Shown: positions 37,816-48,099, numbered from the stretch's first letter. The stretch is 64,000 bases of DNA from Candidatus Bathyarchaeota archaeon (GCA_963715865.1 OY970280.1:2176001-2240000); one strand, 5' to 3'. Notes: generated by a model from the sequence alone, not told the origin. Translations and numbers: made by a program.

Positions 37816-38903
37816 GCAAAGTTTTTCTTTAATATATCAACAGTTTTTTGGGCTGCTGTGCCATCGCCGAAAGGTGACGCACAGGGCAACTCAACTTCCT
37901 TTTTAACCGTTTCTTCCATGGCTGCCAAAATATTTTTCTTGTCAGTTCCAACTACCTTGGCGAATCCTGCTTCCACTGCTTCCTGCCTCTCAGTTGACAA
38001 ACGGATTACCAACACTGGTTTTCTTATGCTTGGAGTAGTGGCTTCCTCTTGAATACCACCTGAATCAGTAATTATCAGTTTACAATTTTTCATTAAAATC
38101 AAAAAGTCCAAGTATCCCAAGGGTGGAAGAATCAACACATGCCTTAATGCTTCCATTTGAGCAAGCATCTTATTTTCCTGCAGTCTCTTTTTTGTTCGCG
38201 GGTGCATCGGATAAACGATTGGAATTGGGGATTCTGAGAAAACATCCATAAAAGACTCAAGAACCGACACGTCATCAACGTTTTCCGCCCTGTGAGCCGT
38301 TACTAAAGCGAAAGTGTCGAAAGGAATTTTTTCCATTATAGCTGATTTTTTTTCGGCAATTGGCAAGTGCTGAATTACAGCGTCTATAGCCGTGTTTCCT
38401 GTCAGGTAGATTTTGCCCCAAACATTCTCTTTCAAAAGATTTGCTTTCGCTCTCTCTGTTGGTGCGAACAAGTATTCAGATATGTGGTCAGTTAAACGTC
38501 GGTTATGTTCTTCAGGCATGCGAAGATCAAAACTTCGCAGACCTGCTTCCACGTGCCCGATAGGAATCACCCGCTTATTAGCTGCTAAAGCTGCTGCCAA
38601 AACACTGTTTGTGTCACCTTCAACCAAAACAATTGAAGGCTCAATCTTCTCCAGCAACTTGTCCATTTGCGTCATTATTTCTGCTGTTTGTGCTCCAGGT
38701 GAAGAGGTTTCAATTTTGAAAGAGTAGTCTGGTGTTGGCAGCTCGAGGTTTTCGATGAATTGCTGAGCCATGTTGTAATCGTAGTGTTGGCCGCAATGGA
38801 CAAATGCTGATGGGATTTTGGTTTTGTTTAAGGCTCTGATTATTGGAGCCATTTTGATTATTTCAGGTCTGGTTCCTGCAACAACTACTACAGGCTTCAT
38901 CAA
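37812..38903 (-). CDS. wecB: UDP-N-acetylglucosamine 2-epimerase (non-hydrolysing)
   Basis: GTRPEIIKMAP, GQHYD, EGDTNS, HVEAGLRS, PEEHNR, TDSGGIQEE. Confidence 0.95.
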   Translation of the reverse strand: MMKPVVVVAGTRPEIIKMAPIIRALNKTKIPSAFVHCGQHYDYNMAQQFIENLELPTPDYSFKIETSSPGAQTAEIMTQMDKLLEKIEPSIVLVEGDTNSVLAAALAANKRVIPIGHVEAGLRSFDLRMPEEHNRRLTDHISEYLFAPTERAKANLLKENVWGKIYLTGNTAIDAVIQHLPIAEKKSAIMEKIPFDTFALVTAHRAENVDDVSVLESFMDVFSESPIPIVYPMHPRTKKRLQENKMLAQMEALRHVLILPPLGYLDFLILMKNCKLIITDSGGIQEEATTPSIRKPVLVIRLSTERQEAVEAGFAKVVGTDKKNILAAMEETVKKEVELPCASPFGDGTAAQKTVDILKKNFA

Positions 38904-38921
38904 GCTTTGTCTCGTTTTTGT

Positions 38922-40958
38922 TTAGGTTTTCTTTAGGCATCCTTCTCTGGGTTCATAAATTGTGCCTTCACGTAGCAATTGGCTTATCATGCGTTCAATT
39001 TCGCCTCTCGGAATCTGATGCTTGGTTTCCAGTTCGTTGACAAGTGCGTTTTTCTCAACTATGCCTGTTACTTTCTCCATGTCCATTAGCACTGAAAGTA
39101 TAACGTGGAGTCTGTCTCGGATGCTTTTAGGTCTTCCAGTCATTATTAAGTCAATATCCACTTTGTATGAGGACAAGTCGATTCCAACTTCTTCCAAAGA
39201 CCTCTTCATAATGGCTATGGCTGCCTCTGCATCTTCACCTGTCACTTCCTTGCGCAATGCAACGCGTGCTCTGGCTTCTGAGATGCGGACAAGTGATTCT
39301 AGTTGGCGTGCAGTTATTGCCACTGGTGAACCTTCCGTTTCACTCGCAGAGCGCATAGCCAAGTAAAAGTCGCTTAGCCGCTTTAGTGCTTCATTGCTAA
39401 GTACTGGCTTAATCCCTCTAGCATAGCTAACATATTTCCGCAGCAATTCCGGGCCCACCTGTGCTTCTACAGGGCTTGCTCCTCTTCTGTGAATTTCCAA
39501 GATGTGGTGAGACATTTTTCCATCTGCTTCTTTATCGGGCACATCTCGTAGCACGAAAATCAAGTCAAAACGTGACAAGATAGTGACTGGCAGTGAAATG
39601 TTTTCGGCAACTGTCCTGTTGGGTTCGTATCTACCTAAGGATGGGTTAGCTGCTGCAAGTATTGCAGTTCTAGCGTTTAATGTGGCGACAATACCTCCTT
39701 TTGCAACTGAAACCGTGTGCTGTTCCATGGCTTCGTGTATTGCGACTCGGTCTTCTGGCCGCATTTTGTCCATTTCGTCGATGCACGCGATTCCTTTGTC
39801 AGCTAGGACGAGCGCGCCTGCTTCAAGGGTCATGCTTCCGCCTTTTTCTCTTACTACTGCAGCGGTTAAGCCAGCGGCGGTTGTTCCTCTTCCAGAAGTG
39901 TAGAGTCCCCTTGGCGCTATTCTGGCAACGTACTGGAGCAGCTGCGATTTTGCAGTTCCAGGGTCCCCAATCAGTAAAGCATTCATTTCTCCTCTAATGT
40001 TTATGTCTGGGAGGCTTTTTGATACTCCGCCGAAGAGCAAATACATTATTGCTTCTTTTATGTGCTCGTAGCCGAAGATTGATGGCGCTATTGACTGTAT
40101 GATTTTCCTGTGTACCCATGGGTCTTGTGAGAGTGCGTGGATTTTTTCTTCTTCTTCAGGTGTGGGCGGTGATGTTTCTGGTTCTTTACCAAGCACTTCT
40201 ACTGAGTTAGCATCAAGTTGAAGGATGAATGTTCTGAGTTTTCCCATTCCCATCAGTGAAGGCGCAAAAGCGCGAACGATGCCAACTATGGAAATGTGGT
40301 CTCCTGGTCTTGCAACATCAACTATGTCGTCTCCGACAAGTTTGACGCTTAATGTCCGTGGTAATTGCCCTGGAGGTAAATCTTCAGGCTTTTCCTGTAG
40401 CCGAAGGTCTTGTGAGTCTATGAATGTTGATTCTTCTTGGACAAATTCGAATGGCCCATCTCTTCCACAGTCAGGAGCTTGGCATATGGCTGGTGCTTTT
40501 AGGAATTGTCCTGTTTGTTCAACTTGGTTCATGGTCCCGCAGCGTTTGCATTTGAAGGCTGCTTGCAGGACCATCGGTCGAACTGATGTGGCTCTGACAA
40601 TTATGCCTTCAACCATGACTAGTTTTGCCATTTGTCTTGAGCCGAGTTTTCTTAGTTGTTCTTTGCCGAGGAGCTGTACGATTCTGACATTGACTTTTTC
40701 TATTTTTTCCGCGTATTCTGAGTCCTCAATGCGGAGTTGTTCGTATGCTCCTTTGCCTGCATGCTGCAAGTATTCTTCTGGCTTGTTGAGTAATAGTTCA
40801 GCGAGTGCTTGGTCGAATCCGTAAAGTTCCTCAAAATCGATTGTTATTGATCCTTTTCCTGTGATGGCTAACTGAGCGATTCTTTGGCGATACTTTTCTT
40901 TCTTAAAAAACTCTTGAAAACGCTGCTGTGGATCTACTGTTTCTAGTTCGTTAGCCAT
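38922..40958 (-). CDS. mcm: MCM replicative helicase
   Basis: LLIGDPGTAKSQ, CIDEMDKM, SRFD and a CKRC...CQAPDC zinc finger. No intein. Start placed at ATG 40958, with GGAG upstream. Confidence 0.97.
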   Translation of the reverse strand: MANELETVDPQQRFQEFFKKEKYRQRIAQLAITGKGSITIDFEELYGFDQALAELLLNKPEEYLQHAGKGAYEQLRIEDSEYAEKIEKVNVRIVQLLGKEQLRKLGSRQMAKLVMVEGIIVRATSVRPMVLQAAFKCKRCGTMNQVEQTGQFLKAPAICQAPDCGRDGPFEFVQEESTFIDSQDLRLQEKPEDLPPGQLPRTLSVKLVGDDIVDVARPGDHISIVGIVRAFAPSLMGMGKLRTFILQLDANSVEVLGKEPETSPPTPEEEEKIHALSQDPWVHRKIIQSIAPSIFGYEHIKEAIMYLLFGGVSKSLPDINIRGEMNALLIGDPGTAKSQLLQYVARIAPRGLYTSGRGTTAAGLTAAVVREKGGSMTLEAGALVLADKGIACIDEMDKMRPEDRVAIHEAMEQHTVSVAKGGIVATLNARTAILAAANPSLGRYEPNRTVAENISLPVTILSRFDLIFVLRDVPDKEADGKMSHHILEIHRRGASPVEAQVGPELLRKYVSYARGIKPVLSNEALKRLSDFYLAMRSASETEGSPVAITARQLESLVRISEARARVALRKEVTGEDAEAAIAIMKRSLEEVGIDLSSYKVDIDLIMTGRPKSIRDRLHVILSVLMDMEKVTGIVEKNALVNELETKHQIPRGEIERMISQLLREGTIYEPREGCLKKT

Positions 40959-40959
40959 C

Positions 40960-41514
40960 TTACTTTTCTCCTTCATTTTCTAGGATTTTTGTTTTCCACT
41001 CGGAGATTATTTTGCCCAGTTGGTCGTAAATGAGTTTTTCTTCGTTTGTGAATTTTTTTAGAACTTGCTCGGTTTGGGTGGGAGCGGAAGATAGGGCAAC
41101 TATTTTCTTCAACCGAGAATTTACAATGTCGCGTGCTAGTTGTTTTGCTCTGTGGTATTCTTGGTATTTTTCCGATTGCTTTGAGGCTTGATCTTTCAAG
41201 TCGGAAATGAACCTGCGAAGTTTAGGGTAAAAATCGTCTGGAAGCTCAGATATTTGTCCTGGGATTTGTACGCCTTCTTTCCATTGCACCTTAAACAGTT
41301 TGGTTGCATCCAAAACATCGTCTTCTCGGAAATGAACCATTCCTGAATTCGCTAACTCTTTTGCCACCCAAAAATAAACTTCATACTCGTTTCCCTCATC
41401 AAAGGGGCCAACCGTTAATCCAGCAAGCTTGATCTCAGGGCAGTTCCTGTTAGCCACAATCTTAACCAATGAGTTTTCAAAGCAGAAATCTAAAGTGCAA
41501 ATTTTCGCTGTCAA
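40960..41514 (-). CDS. gins23: GINS subunit Gins23
   Basis: N-terminal B-domain (GPFDEGNEYEVYFWVA..L) then LPDDFY; directly upstream of mcm. Start placed at TTG 41514 (ORF track uses 41565). Confidence 0.8.
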   Translation of the reverse strand: MTAKICTLDFCFENSLVKIVANRNCPEIKLAGLTVGPFDEGNEYEVYFWVAKELANSGMVHFREDDVLDATKLFKVQWKEGVQIPGQISELPDDFYPKLRRFISDLKDQASKQSEKYQEYHRAKQLARDIVNSRLKKIVALSSAPTQTEQVLKKFTNEEKLIYDQLGKIISEWKTKILENEGEK

Positions 41515-41576
41515 ATCCCTTTTCCCTCTCAAGCCCCGATTGTTTTCCCCTTTTGCGGGATTCAACAGATAATAAC

Positions 41577-41608
41577 AAGAACAGTTTTAAGCGTTTGCAC
41601 TAGAAAAA
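41577..41608 (-). promoter_or_regulatory. Promoter of the gins23-mcm operon; near-identical copy upstream of the island deaminase
   Basis: 27/28 identical to 11818-11845; contains a BRE/TATA-like GCAAACG-CTTAAAA on the minus strand. Confidence 0.7.
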
Positions 41609-41767
41609 ACAATCCTAAAGACTGCTTACACCTCTAGCGCTCAAATAAGACTATATCCCCCTTTATGTAATCTCGATGCTTGTTGATTTTTCTTAATTAC
41701 ATGTTATTACGTGGGAGAGTTAAGATTGAAAAAATTGTTCTGTGAGGGAACATGGAAGTTTTTGTGT

Positions 41768-43018
41768 TTATGGCCAGAGTCCTAGTGTTTTTATGGCATT
41801 AGCAACTCTTCCCACACCCAGCATTAACGCTCCAGTGCGCATGTCACTCTCTTCCTTCTCAGCAATAGCGACTACATCGTTGAATGCTTTGGTCATTTTG
41901 GCTTCAAGTTTTCTGTTGACTTTTTCCAGTGGCCATTGCTCGCGGGTTAAGTTTTGTACCCATTCAAAGTAGCTTACTGTTACGCCGCCTGAATTGGCGA
42001 GGATGTCTGGAATTAAGCAAATGTCTTTTTCGTACAATGCTTTATCGGCTTCAGGCGTGGTTGGTCCGTTTGCTGCTTCAGCGACCATTTTTGCTTTGAT
42101 TTTGTCGACGTTCTTGCAGGTGATTTGGTTCTCCAGCGCTGCAGGAATAAGCACGTCGCAAGTTAATTCAAGTAGTTCCTCGTTAGTTATGTTCTTGCAG
42201 CCCTTGTAGTTCTGAACAGATTTGGTTTTTTCTTTATGCGCTAAAACATCCGCTGGGTTTAAGCCGTCTGCGCAGTAGATTCCTCCTGTGGAATCGCTAA
42301 CGGCTATTATTTTGCAGCCTACTTCTTGCGCTGCCACTGTTGCATGGTAGCCGACATTGCCGAAGCCTTGAATGGCCACGGTGGCGTTTTTGAGTTTCAG
42401 ATGGTTGTTTTCTGCGGCTTGTTTTACGCAGTGAATTACTCCTCTACCCGTGGCTTCCGTTCTACCCCAAGAACCTCCGATTTCGACTGGTTTGCCAGTG
42501 ACGCTTTCAGGTATGCTGTAGCCTTTCATTTGGCTGTAAGTATCCATTATCCATGCCATGGTTTGTGCGTCAGTGTACATGTCTGGCGCAGGAATATCAC
42601 GGTGTGGCCCCAAATACTCAAAGATTAGACTGACGTACCTTCTTGTTAATCGTTCAAGCTCGTGTTTGCTCATTTTTTTAGTGTCAACGCATACTCCGCC
42701 TTTTGCTCCACCAAACGGTATGTCAGCGATGGCGCATTTCCAAGTCATCAACATTGCCAATGCGGTAACTTCGTCGAGAGTAATGTTCGGGTAGTAGCGG
42801 ATTCCGCCCTTGAATGGTCCACGTGCATCCCAATGTTGAACTCGGACGCCGCTGAATACGCCCACGGTTCCGTTATCCATGCGGATGTCGATGCTTACAA
42901 TGATAGAGCGTTTTGGCAAGCTTAGCATCTTATGCATGCCAGAATCCAACTGTAACTTTTTGCAAGCCAGTTTTAATTGAGAAAGAGCGACAGTTAACGG
43001 CGTGTGTTCTTCAGCCAT
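41768..43018 (-). CDS. gdhA: Glutamate dehydrogenase
   Basis: GPFKGGIR, PFGGAKGG, DIPAPD, VTGKP..IGGS.GR..ATG.G, QGFGNVG, ILANSGGV. Confidence 0.96.
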   Translation of the reverse strand: MAEEHTPLTVALSQLKLACKKLQLDSGMHKMLSLPKRSIIVSIDIRMDNGTVGVFSGVRVQHWDARGPFKGGIRYYPNITLDEVTALAMLMTWKCAIADIPFGGAKGGVCVDTKKMSKHELERLTRRYVSLIFEYLGPHRDIPAPDMYTDAQTMAWIMDTYSQMKGYSIPESVTGKPVEIGGSWGRTEATGRGVIHCVKQAAENNHLKLKNATVAIQGFGNVGYHATVAAQEVGCKIIAVSDSTGGIYCADGLNPADVLAHKEKTKSVQNYKGCKNITNEELLELTCDVLIPAALENQITCKNVDKIKAKMVAEAANGPTTPEADKALYEKDICLIPDILANSGGVTVSYFEWVQNLTREQWPLEKVNRKLEAKMTKAFNDVVAIAEKEESDMRTGALMLGVGRVANAIKTLGLWP

Positions 43019-43257
43019 AAGATTTCCTTCTTAATAAGATTGTTAATTAGGAGTAGCTAGATAAGAATTGCCTTTGCCAGTTTGTTGTGTGTTTGGTTGA
43101 TGCTTTTGTATACAGAAGTTCGCCAGTAGTGCTCGGAGAGATCGGTCCTCCATTATATGGATAATTGGTATTCAACTATTGGTTAATTTTGGATTAAACA
43201 AGCTAAAAATTAGTTATAATTAAATCAAATCAAAAAAATATGAAAAAGAAAAGAAGT

Positions 43258-44868
43258 TTAATAGTCTAGGATTTTCTCGACTGCGTCTTTTTCAACTTCG
43301 TCGGCTAACGGGATGCCTGTAACTTTGGTGGCTATTTCGCTTAGGCTCATCAGGTCGTTCCTGCTAAGCAGGTTAAGTTTCCATTTTCTGTTGCCAGCCA
43401 TCAGCTGTTTCAATCCAACGCCAATTCTATCATTCAGATATGTGTATACGCCTATGCTTTCTGCTGGGATTTCGCTGAAGCGTTTGCTGTATTTTGATTT
43501 TAGTTCTGGTGTGGCTATGAAGAATTTCTCTGGCGTCGTGCCAAAGCGCTCTGCAAAGGTTTTGGGTAGTTTGCCTTCTTGTGAAAGTTGCTTGAAGTAG
43601 CTTGCTTTCATGGCTGCAGTGATTGGTGAGCGCCCCATCAAGACAGCCTTAACAAGTGGACCTTGCCCGAAGTTGCTCATGGCAATGGTTTTGAATATGG
43701 ATGTTTCCTCTATGAAGCCGCCTGCCATGACAAGGTCTGGAACGTACTTGCCTTTCTTCTTCAGTATCTGTGCACAACGGAGCACGATGGCTTGGAGGTA
43801 GATGGTTGGGATGCTCATTTCATCCATCATTGGCACTGGACTCATGCCTGTTCCGCCGCCTGCGCCGTCAAAGCTTAAAGCGTCGATTTTTGCTTCTGAA
43901 GCGAACTTCATGGTGTATGCTACTGCTGATGGCCTGTATGCGCCTGTTTTGAGGAATACTTTTTTTGCTCCTTGCTTGCGTAGCCATTCGATGTCCTCGA
44001 TGAACGGTTTCTCTTTTGGTATGCCTACCCTGCTGTGGCGCTCGAATGTTTGGAAGACGCCTTCTTTGAATGCTTGCTGTGCCACTGGGTCTTCTGGGTC
44101 TGGAATGACGATGTAGCCTCGTTTCTTTAGCAGAATAGCTTTTTGCAGGTCTTTGAGGCGTACTTCGCCGCCGATGGCTTTGGCTCCTTGACCCCATTTG
44201 CGCTCAATAATATTCACTTCTAGCTTGGATAGGGCATAAGCGTCTATGCCTAGCTTTTGGTCTTCAACGTTAGTTTGAACGATTACGTCGCCGTATTTTC
44301 CATCCCAAAACTTCCTAAAAGAATCGACTCTGCGCTTGAGTTCTTTTGATTCTGTTACTTTCCCGTTAGTTATTTTGGCGTCAACATCCATTCCGCAGAC
44401 ATTTTCTCCGACAGTTATTGACACACCTGATAAGGCTGCGCCGATTGCTAGGGCGTCCCAGTTTAAGCGTGCAACGTCTGTTGAGCCGAAGGCGCCTGTC
44501 AGGATTGGTAGTTTAAGTGGCATTCCGCCGACGGTTGTTTCGATGTTAACGTTTGGGAATATGGCGACTTCTGAGCTTTCTTTGATTCCTTGTGCATCGA
44601 AGAGTCCTGCTTGGATACTGAATTGCGACCAGTCTAAGCCAAAGTTTTTGAGAGCTCCAGCGGTGCTTGTTCCGAATTGTGCTGGTTCTGGGTAGAGTGC
44701 TTCTCGTCCTCTGAAGGCTGAAAGGCCGATTTCGCACATGATTGGGCAGTCGCGGATGCATATGGGGCACATGCCGCTGATAGTGCTTGTGTCTTTAACT
44801 CGTGTGGTTGTTCCAACTGTTGATTTTCCGTTTAGGTATGAACCGTTTTTTTGTACACGTTCACTCAT
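43258..44868 (-). CDS. Stand-alone FMN-binding glutamate synthase family protein
   Basis: CPICIRDC...C Cys cluster, KWGQGAKAIGGE, LKTGAY, DGAGGGTGMSP, MAGGF. Confidence 0.85.
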   Translation of the reverse strand: MSERVQKNGSYLNGKSTVGTTTRVKDTSTISGMCPICIRDCPIMCEIGLSAFRGREALYPEPAQFGTSTAGALKNFGLDWSQFSIQAGLFDAQGIKESSEVAIFPNVNIETTVGGMPLKLPILTGAFGSTDVARLNWDALAIGAALSGVSITVGENVCGMDVDAKITNGKVTESKELKRRVDSFRKFWDGKYGDVIVQTNVEDQKLGIDAYALSKLEVNIIERKWGQGAKAIGGEVRLKDLQKAILLKKRGYIVIPDPEDPVAQQAFKEGVFQTFERHSRVGIPKEKPFIEDIEWLRKQGAKKVFLKTGAYRPSAVAYTMKFASEAKIDALSFDGAGGGTGMSPVPMMDEMSIPTIYLQAIVLRCAQILKKKGKYVPDLVMAGGFIEETSIFKTIAMSNFGQGPLVKAVLMGRSPITAAMKASYFKQLSQEGKLPKTFAERFGTTPEKFFIATPELKSKYSKRFSEIPAESIGVYTYLNDRIGVGLKQLMAGNRKWKLNLLSRNDLMSLSEIATKVTGIPLADEVEKDAVEKILDY

Positions 44869-45061
44869 TTTCTCACTCTTCCTAGTTCCCGCTAAATGCT
44901 AAATTGTACACAGTACGATTGTTCAGTATTTAACATTATGCAACAGCATCTATATGCAAAAAAACGCTAATTATACGAAATAAATGTAACAACCGTTCAA
45001 CGATATACGTGGTTAAAAAAACAAAAAACACAACATTTAATTAATTATCAAAAGAAAGATT

Positions 45062-45400
45062 TTAGAATTTTTCAAGGTACTCTTCAAACTGCTTCCTATC
45101 CCTCAAGCATTGGGAGCAAACACAGCTGAGGGGCAGATTCTTAGTGGTGCATAACTCGTTATATTTGCAGTCACCGCATGAAAAGTCTTTTCCACAGCGA
45201 GTGCAGTTTTGAAGAAAAACAACTTCAGTATTTAAAATGCCACCGATTGTATCCATAAGCTTTTCAATGTTATTATAATTTTTAATGGAAAAGGCGCTTT
45301 GCTCCCGGTTATACTCCAACCCCAGATGCAATAATAGGATAAACTTTTCTTTTTCAACCCGTGGAAGCTTGAAAGCATTCTTGTTCAAAACCGTCACCAT
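45062..45400 (-). CDS. Hypothetical protein with Cys-rich C-terminal domain
   Basis: CTRC...CGDC...C...CVCSQC; 7-nt gap after rfcL. Confidence 0.65.
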   Translation of the reverse strand: MVTVLNKNAFKLPRVEKEKFILLLHLGLEYNREQSAFSIKNYNNIEKLMDTIGGILNTEVVFLQNCTRCGKDFSCGDCKYNELCTTKNLPLSCVCSQCLRDRKQFEEYLEKF

Positions 45401-45407
45401 TTCCGTC

Positions 45408-46637
45408 TCAGAACCTGTTCATTTGAATTAGAAAATCAACCTCTTCAGGCGTAAGCTTAAACCAAGAAGCTATAGGGCTTGATTTTTGTTTTTGCAGCAT
45501 GCTCTTGATGAATGGAACAAAATCATGTTTAGCTGTTTCACGGGAAACATGGCATTTGGCTCCAATTTTTCCGCAGATGGCGTCTAGCATTGTTCTTTTG
45601 CCTTTAGTCCAAAACAAAGTAATAATTCTGATAGGCGGCGAAATAAACTCAAAGGGCTTGTATGATTCAGGATCGACCGCTGCTGCTTTTGATAAGGAAT
45701 TGTAAAAGTACTTTAAAAGATGCCAGTTCTCAGTTCCAATCCTTCCTCGGAAGACGTCGGCTTGTGAAACGAAATCGTAGGCAGCGGCAAGCTCTGCTGG
45801 GTCAGTGTATCGTCTTGGGAGATTGTCGCTTACTGAAAGCAGAAAATCGTCATAGTCGACGCTTGAGCGGCTAAGTAGAGTTGAGACTTCTGCAATTGAT
45901 TTTGCTGAGAAAAATCCTCTCAGTGTTTCATCCATGCTTATGTCTTTGTTTCTTGAACTCAAAGCCATGGTATCTTGAAGTGTAAGCACTCGGTTTTCTT
46001 CACTTAGGCTTTGAAGGTCGTTTATGGCTGACCGCACGTCACCTCTGCTGTTTTGGGCAATACGCTCAAGCGCTTCAAACTCTGCTTTCACGTGCTCTAG
46101 CAAACAAATCTTCGCCAATAAAGCAATGATAAGTGGTATCCTGATTTGGTGAAAACGTATGAGCAAGCAGACTTTCTTTAGTGGTCTTAGCTTATCCAAG
46201 TCAGGGTCGTTTGCTGCCATTATTACTGGCACAAGGGAGTCCTCAACAATTTTTAATATGGCGCTTACGCCGCCTCTGTCCTCGTTTCCCGCGATGCCGT
46301 CAACCTCATCGAGGAAAAGAAGGTTACCTTTGCTTTCAGCTGAGAATGTGTCTAAAGCAACAAAGGAAGTGGCAGGTCCAGCAACCTTGTTTATTGCTTT
46401 TTCTGACCTTGTGTCGCTTGCGTTCATTTCAATAATGGTAAACCCAGACTCTTTTGCGGCGGCATTAGCCAGTGCCGTTTTTCCCACGCCAGGCGGTCCA
46501 TAAAGCAAAACTGCCTTCTTACTCCGCCGCTTGCTTTTCAGCCATTCGACAAAAGTAGCTTTCGCTTCTTCATTACCGATTATGTCTTCTATCTTTTTTG
46601 GGCGGTACTTTTCAACCCATAAAAGATCATTTCTCAA
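45408..46637 (-). CDS. rfcL: Replication factor C large subunit
   Basis: WVEKYRP, GPPGVGKT, EMNASD, LDEVDG, GDVRSAINDL. Confidence 0.93.
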   Translation of the reverse strand: MRNDLLWVEKYRPKKIEDIIGNEEAKATFVEWLKSKRRSKKAVLLYGPPGVGKTALANAAAKESGFTIIEMNASDTRSEKAINKVAGPATSFVALDTFSAESKGNLLFLDEVDGIAGNEDRGGVSAILKIVEDSLVPVIMAANDPDLDKLRPLKKVCLLIRFHQIRIPLIIALLAKICLLEHVKAEFEALERIAQNSRGDVRSAINDLQSLSEENRVLTLQDTMALSSRNKDISMDETLRGFFSAKSIAEVSTLLSRSSVDYDDFLLSVSDNLPRRYTDPAELAAAYDFVSQADVFRGRIGTENWHLLKYFYNSLSKAAAVDPESYKPFEFISPPIRIITLFWTKGKRTMLDAICGKIGAKCHVSRETAKHDFVPFIKSMLQKQKSSPIASWFKLTPEEVDFLIQMNRF

Positions 46638-47662
46638 TAGGTTTCCCCTATGTTTTTACCAAATTTTGCGAATTGAGCAAGCAACGCGCTTAACTGGATG
46701 TCGCTGTTGGCGCCTTGTGTTAAGCGGTAATCATACTCGCCGATTATGTTTGATAGGTCTGCTTTTTGTTCAGGCGTAAGATCCGACATTTTGAAAATCT
46801 CCCGCTGTATCTGGCGCACTATTTCGGAACCTGAAAACCCGTAAGAACCCATTATTTCATACATTGTTTTCCTTGCTTCCATAAAGTCGCCGTATAATGC
46901 TTTTCTAATCATTTTTTGAACTTGCATTGGGCTGGCTTCCCCGATAACAAGCGAAACTGTCTTCTCATCTACTACTCCTTCCTTGTACGCTGAAGCTGTC
47001 TGTAACGCGTTTATAGCGTGCCTAAGATCGCCTTCTGAGTAATCCACTATTCTTTCAGCCGCTTCAGGCAACAGTTTAACGTTTTCTTTCTCGGCTATGT
47101 ATTGTAGGTGCTCTTTCATTGCTTGCTTATCTATTCTTGAAAATCGGAATACGGCGCAACGGCTCTGTATTGGTTCAATTATCTTGCTTGATTGGTTGCA
47201 TATCAGGATGAACCTGGATGTGCGAGAGCTGGTTTCCATTATTCTTCTCAGCGCTGTCTGGGCAGGACCAGTCATCTGATCACTCTCATCCAGAATAATC
47301 AAAGCAAACGGAACATCACCAAAACCTGAACGGCTATAACGTGAGAAATCTTTAACTCTTTCACGCACAGTGTCGATGCCTCTTTCATCAGACGCATTGA
47401 GCTCAAGTGTGAAGCTTTTCCAGTTTGGACCAAAAAGTTCATGAGCAATACAGAGGGCAGCAGTCGTTTTTCCAGTGCCCGGTATCCCTGCGAACATCAG
47501 GTGAGGCATCGTTTTTGGTTTTCTCATGAAAGCTTTAAGGCTTTCAACGATGTCGTGTAAGTCTACGACCTCGTTTAGGTTTTTTGGGCGGTACTTTTCG
47601 ACCCACATAAGTGCTTCTTCATTAACTGCCATTAAGTTAACCTTCCACAATAAATTATACAA
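46634..47662 (-). CDS. rfcS: Replication factor C small subunit
   Basis: WVEKYRP, GIPGTGKT, ELNASDERGID, LDESD, ALRR.ME, IQSRC. No intein. Confidence 0.96.
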   Translation of the reverse strand: MYNLLWKVNLMAVNEEALMWVEKYRPKNLNEVVDLHDIVESLKAFMRKPKTMPHLMFAGIPGTGKTTAALCIAHELFGPNWKSFTLELNASDERGIDTVRERVKDFSRYSRSGFGDVPFALIILDESDQMTGPAQTALRRIMETSSRTSRFILICNQSSKIIEPIQSRCAVFRFSRIDKQAMKEHLQYIAEKENVKLLPEAAERIVDYSEGDLRHAINALQTASAYKEGVVDEKTVSLVIGEASPMQVQKMIRKALYGDFMEARKTMYEIMGSYGFSGSEIVRQIQREIFKMSDLTPEQKADLSNIIGEYDYRLTQGANSDIQLSALLAQFAKFGKNIGETY

Positions 47663-47743
47663 TAACGTGTTTCAATTACTAATTTACTTTTCCGTAACAA
47701 TATAAGCATATTCTGGCAGAAAAATAACTAAATCCTTTGTTAG

Positions 47744-48085
47744 TTAGCCTATTTTGCTTCCTTCAGCAATATCCTTCTCAGGCTGTAGCACAGTAACGTT
47801 TCCTTCACTGTCTTCAGCAGCTAAAATCATGCATTGCGATTCCACACCGGCCAACACACGCCTTTGGAGATTTAACAGGAAAACGCATTTTTTGCCAACC
47901 AATTCCTCAGGCTTATACCACTTAAGCAGACCTGCAACCGCCTGCCTTTTCTCCGACCCAAAATCAACAGTTATTTTAATTAGCTTTTTTGAGTTTGGAA
48001 TTGGGGTTGCTTCAACTATTTTTCCTATGCACAAGTCAAGTTTTTGGAACTCAGCGAATGATATTTCTTCAGCCAAGCAATTCAC
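47744..48085 (-). CDS. tRNA-binding OB-fold protein (MetRS C-terminal/Trbp111/CsaA-like)
   Basis: ISFAEFQKLDL.IG.I, DFGSE.RQ.VAGL, NL..R..AGVESQ.MILAA. Confidence 0.88.
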   Translation of the reverse strand: MNCLAEEISFAEFQKLDLCIGKIVEATPIPNSKKLIKITVDFGSEKRQAVAGLLKWYKPEELVGKKCVFLLNLQRRVLAGVESQCMILAAEDSEGNVTVLQPEKDIAEGSKIG

Positions 48086-48099
48086 GCTCTAGCGATAGT

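Noticed and set aside
43019-43257. Possible riboswitch in the long gdhA leader
   Set aside because: Only a weak GGAG/CTCC hairpin; no match to riboswitch consensus motifs I can recognise.
403-47662. Inteins in PolD DP2, MCM or RFC-S (common hot spots)
   Set aside because: The proteins are of normal length with uninterrupted motifs and no intein splice-junction blocks.
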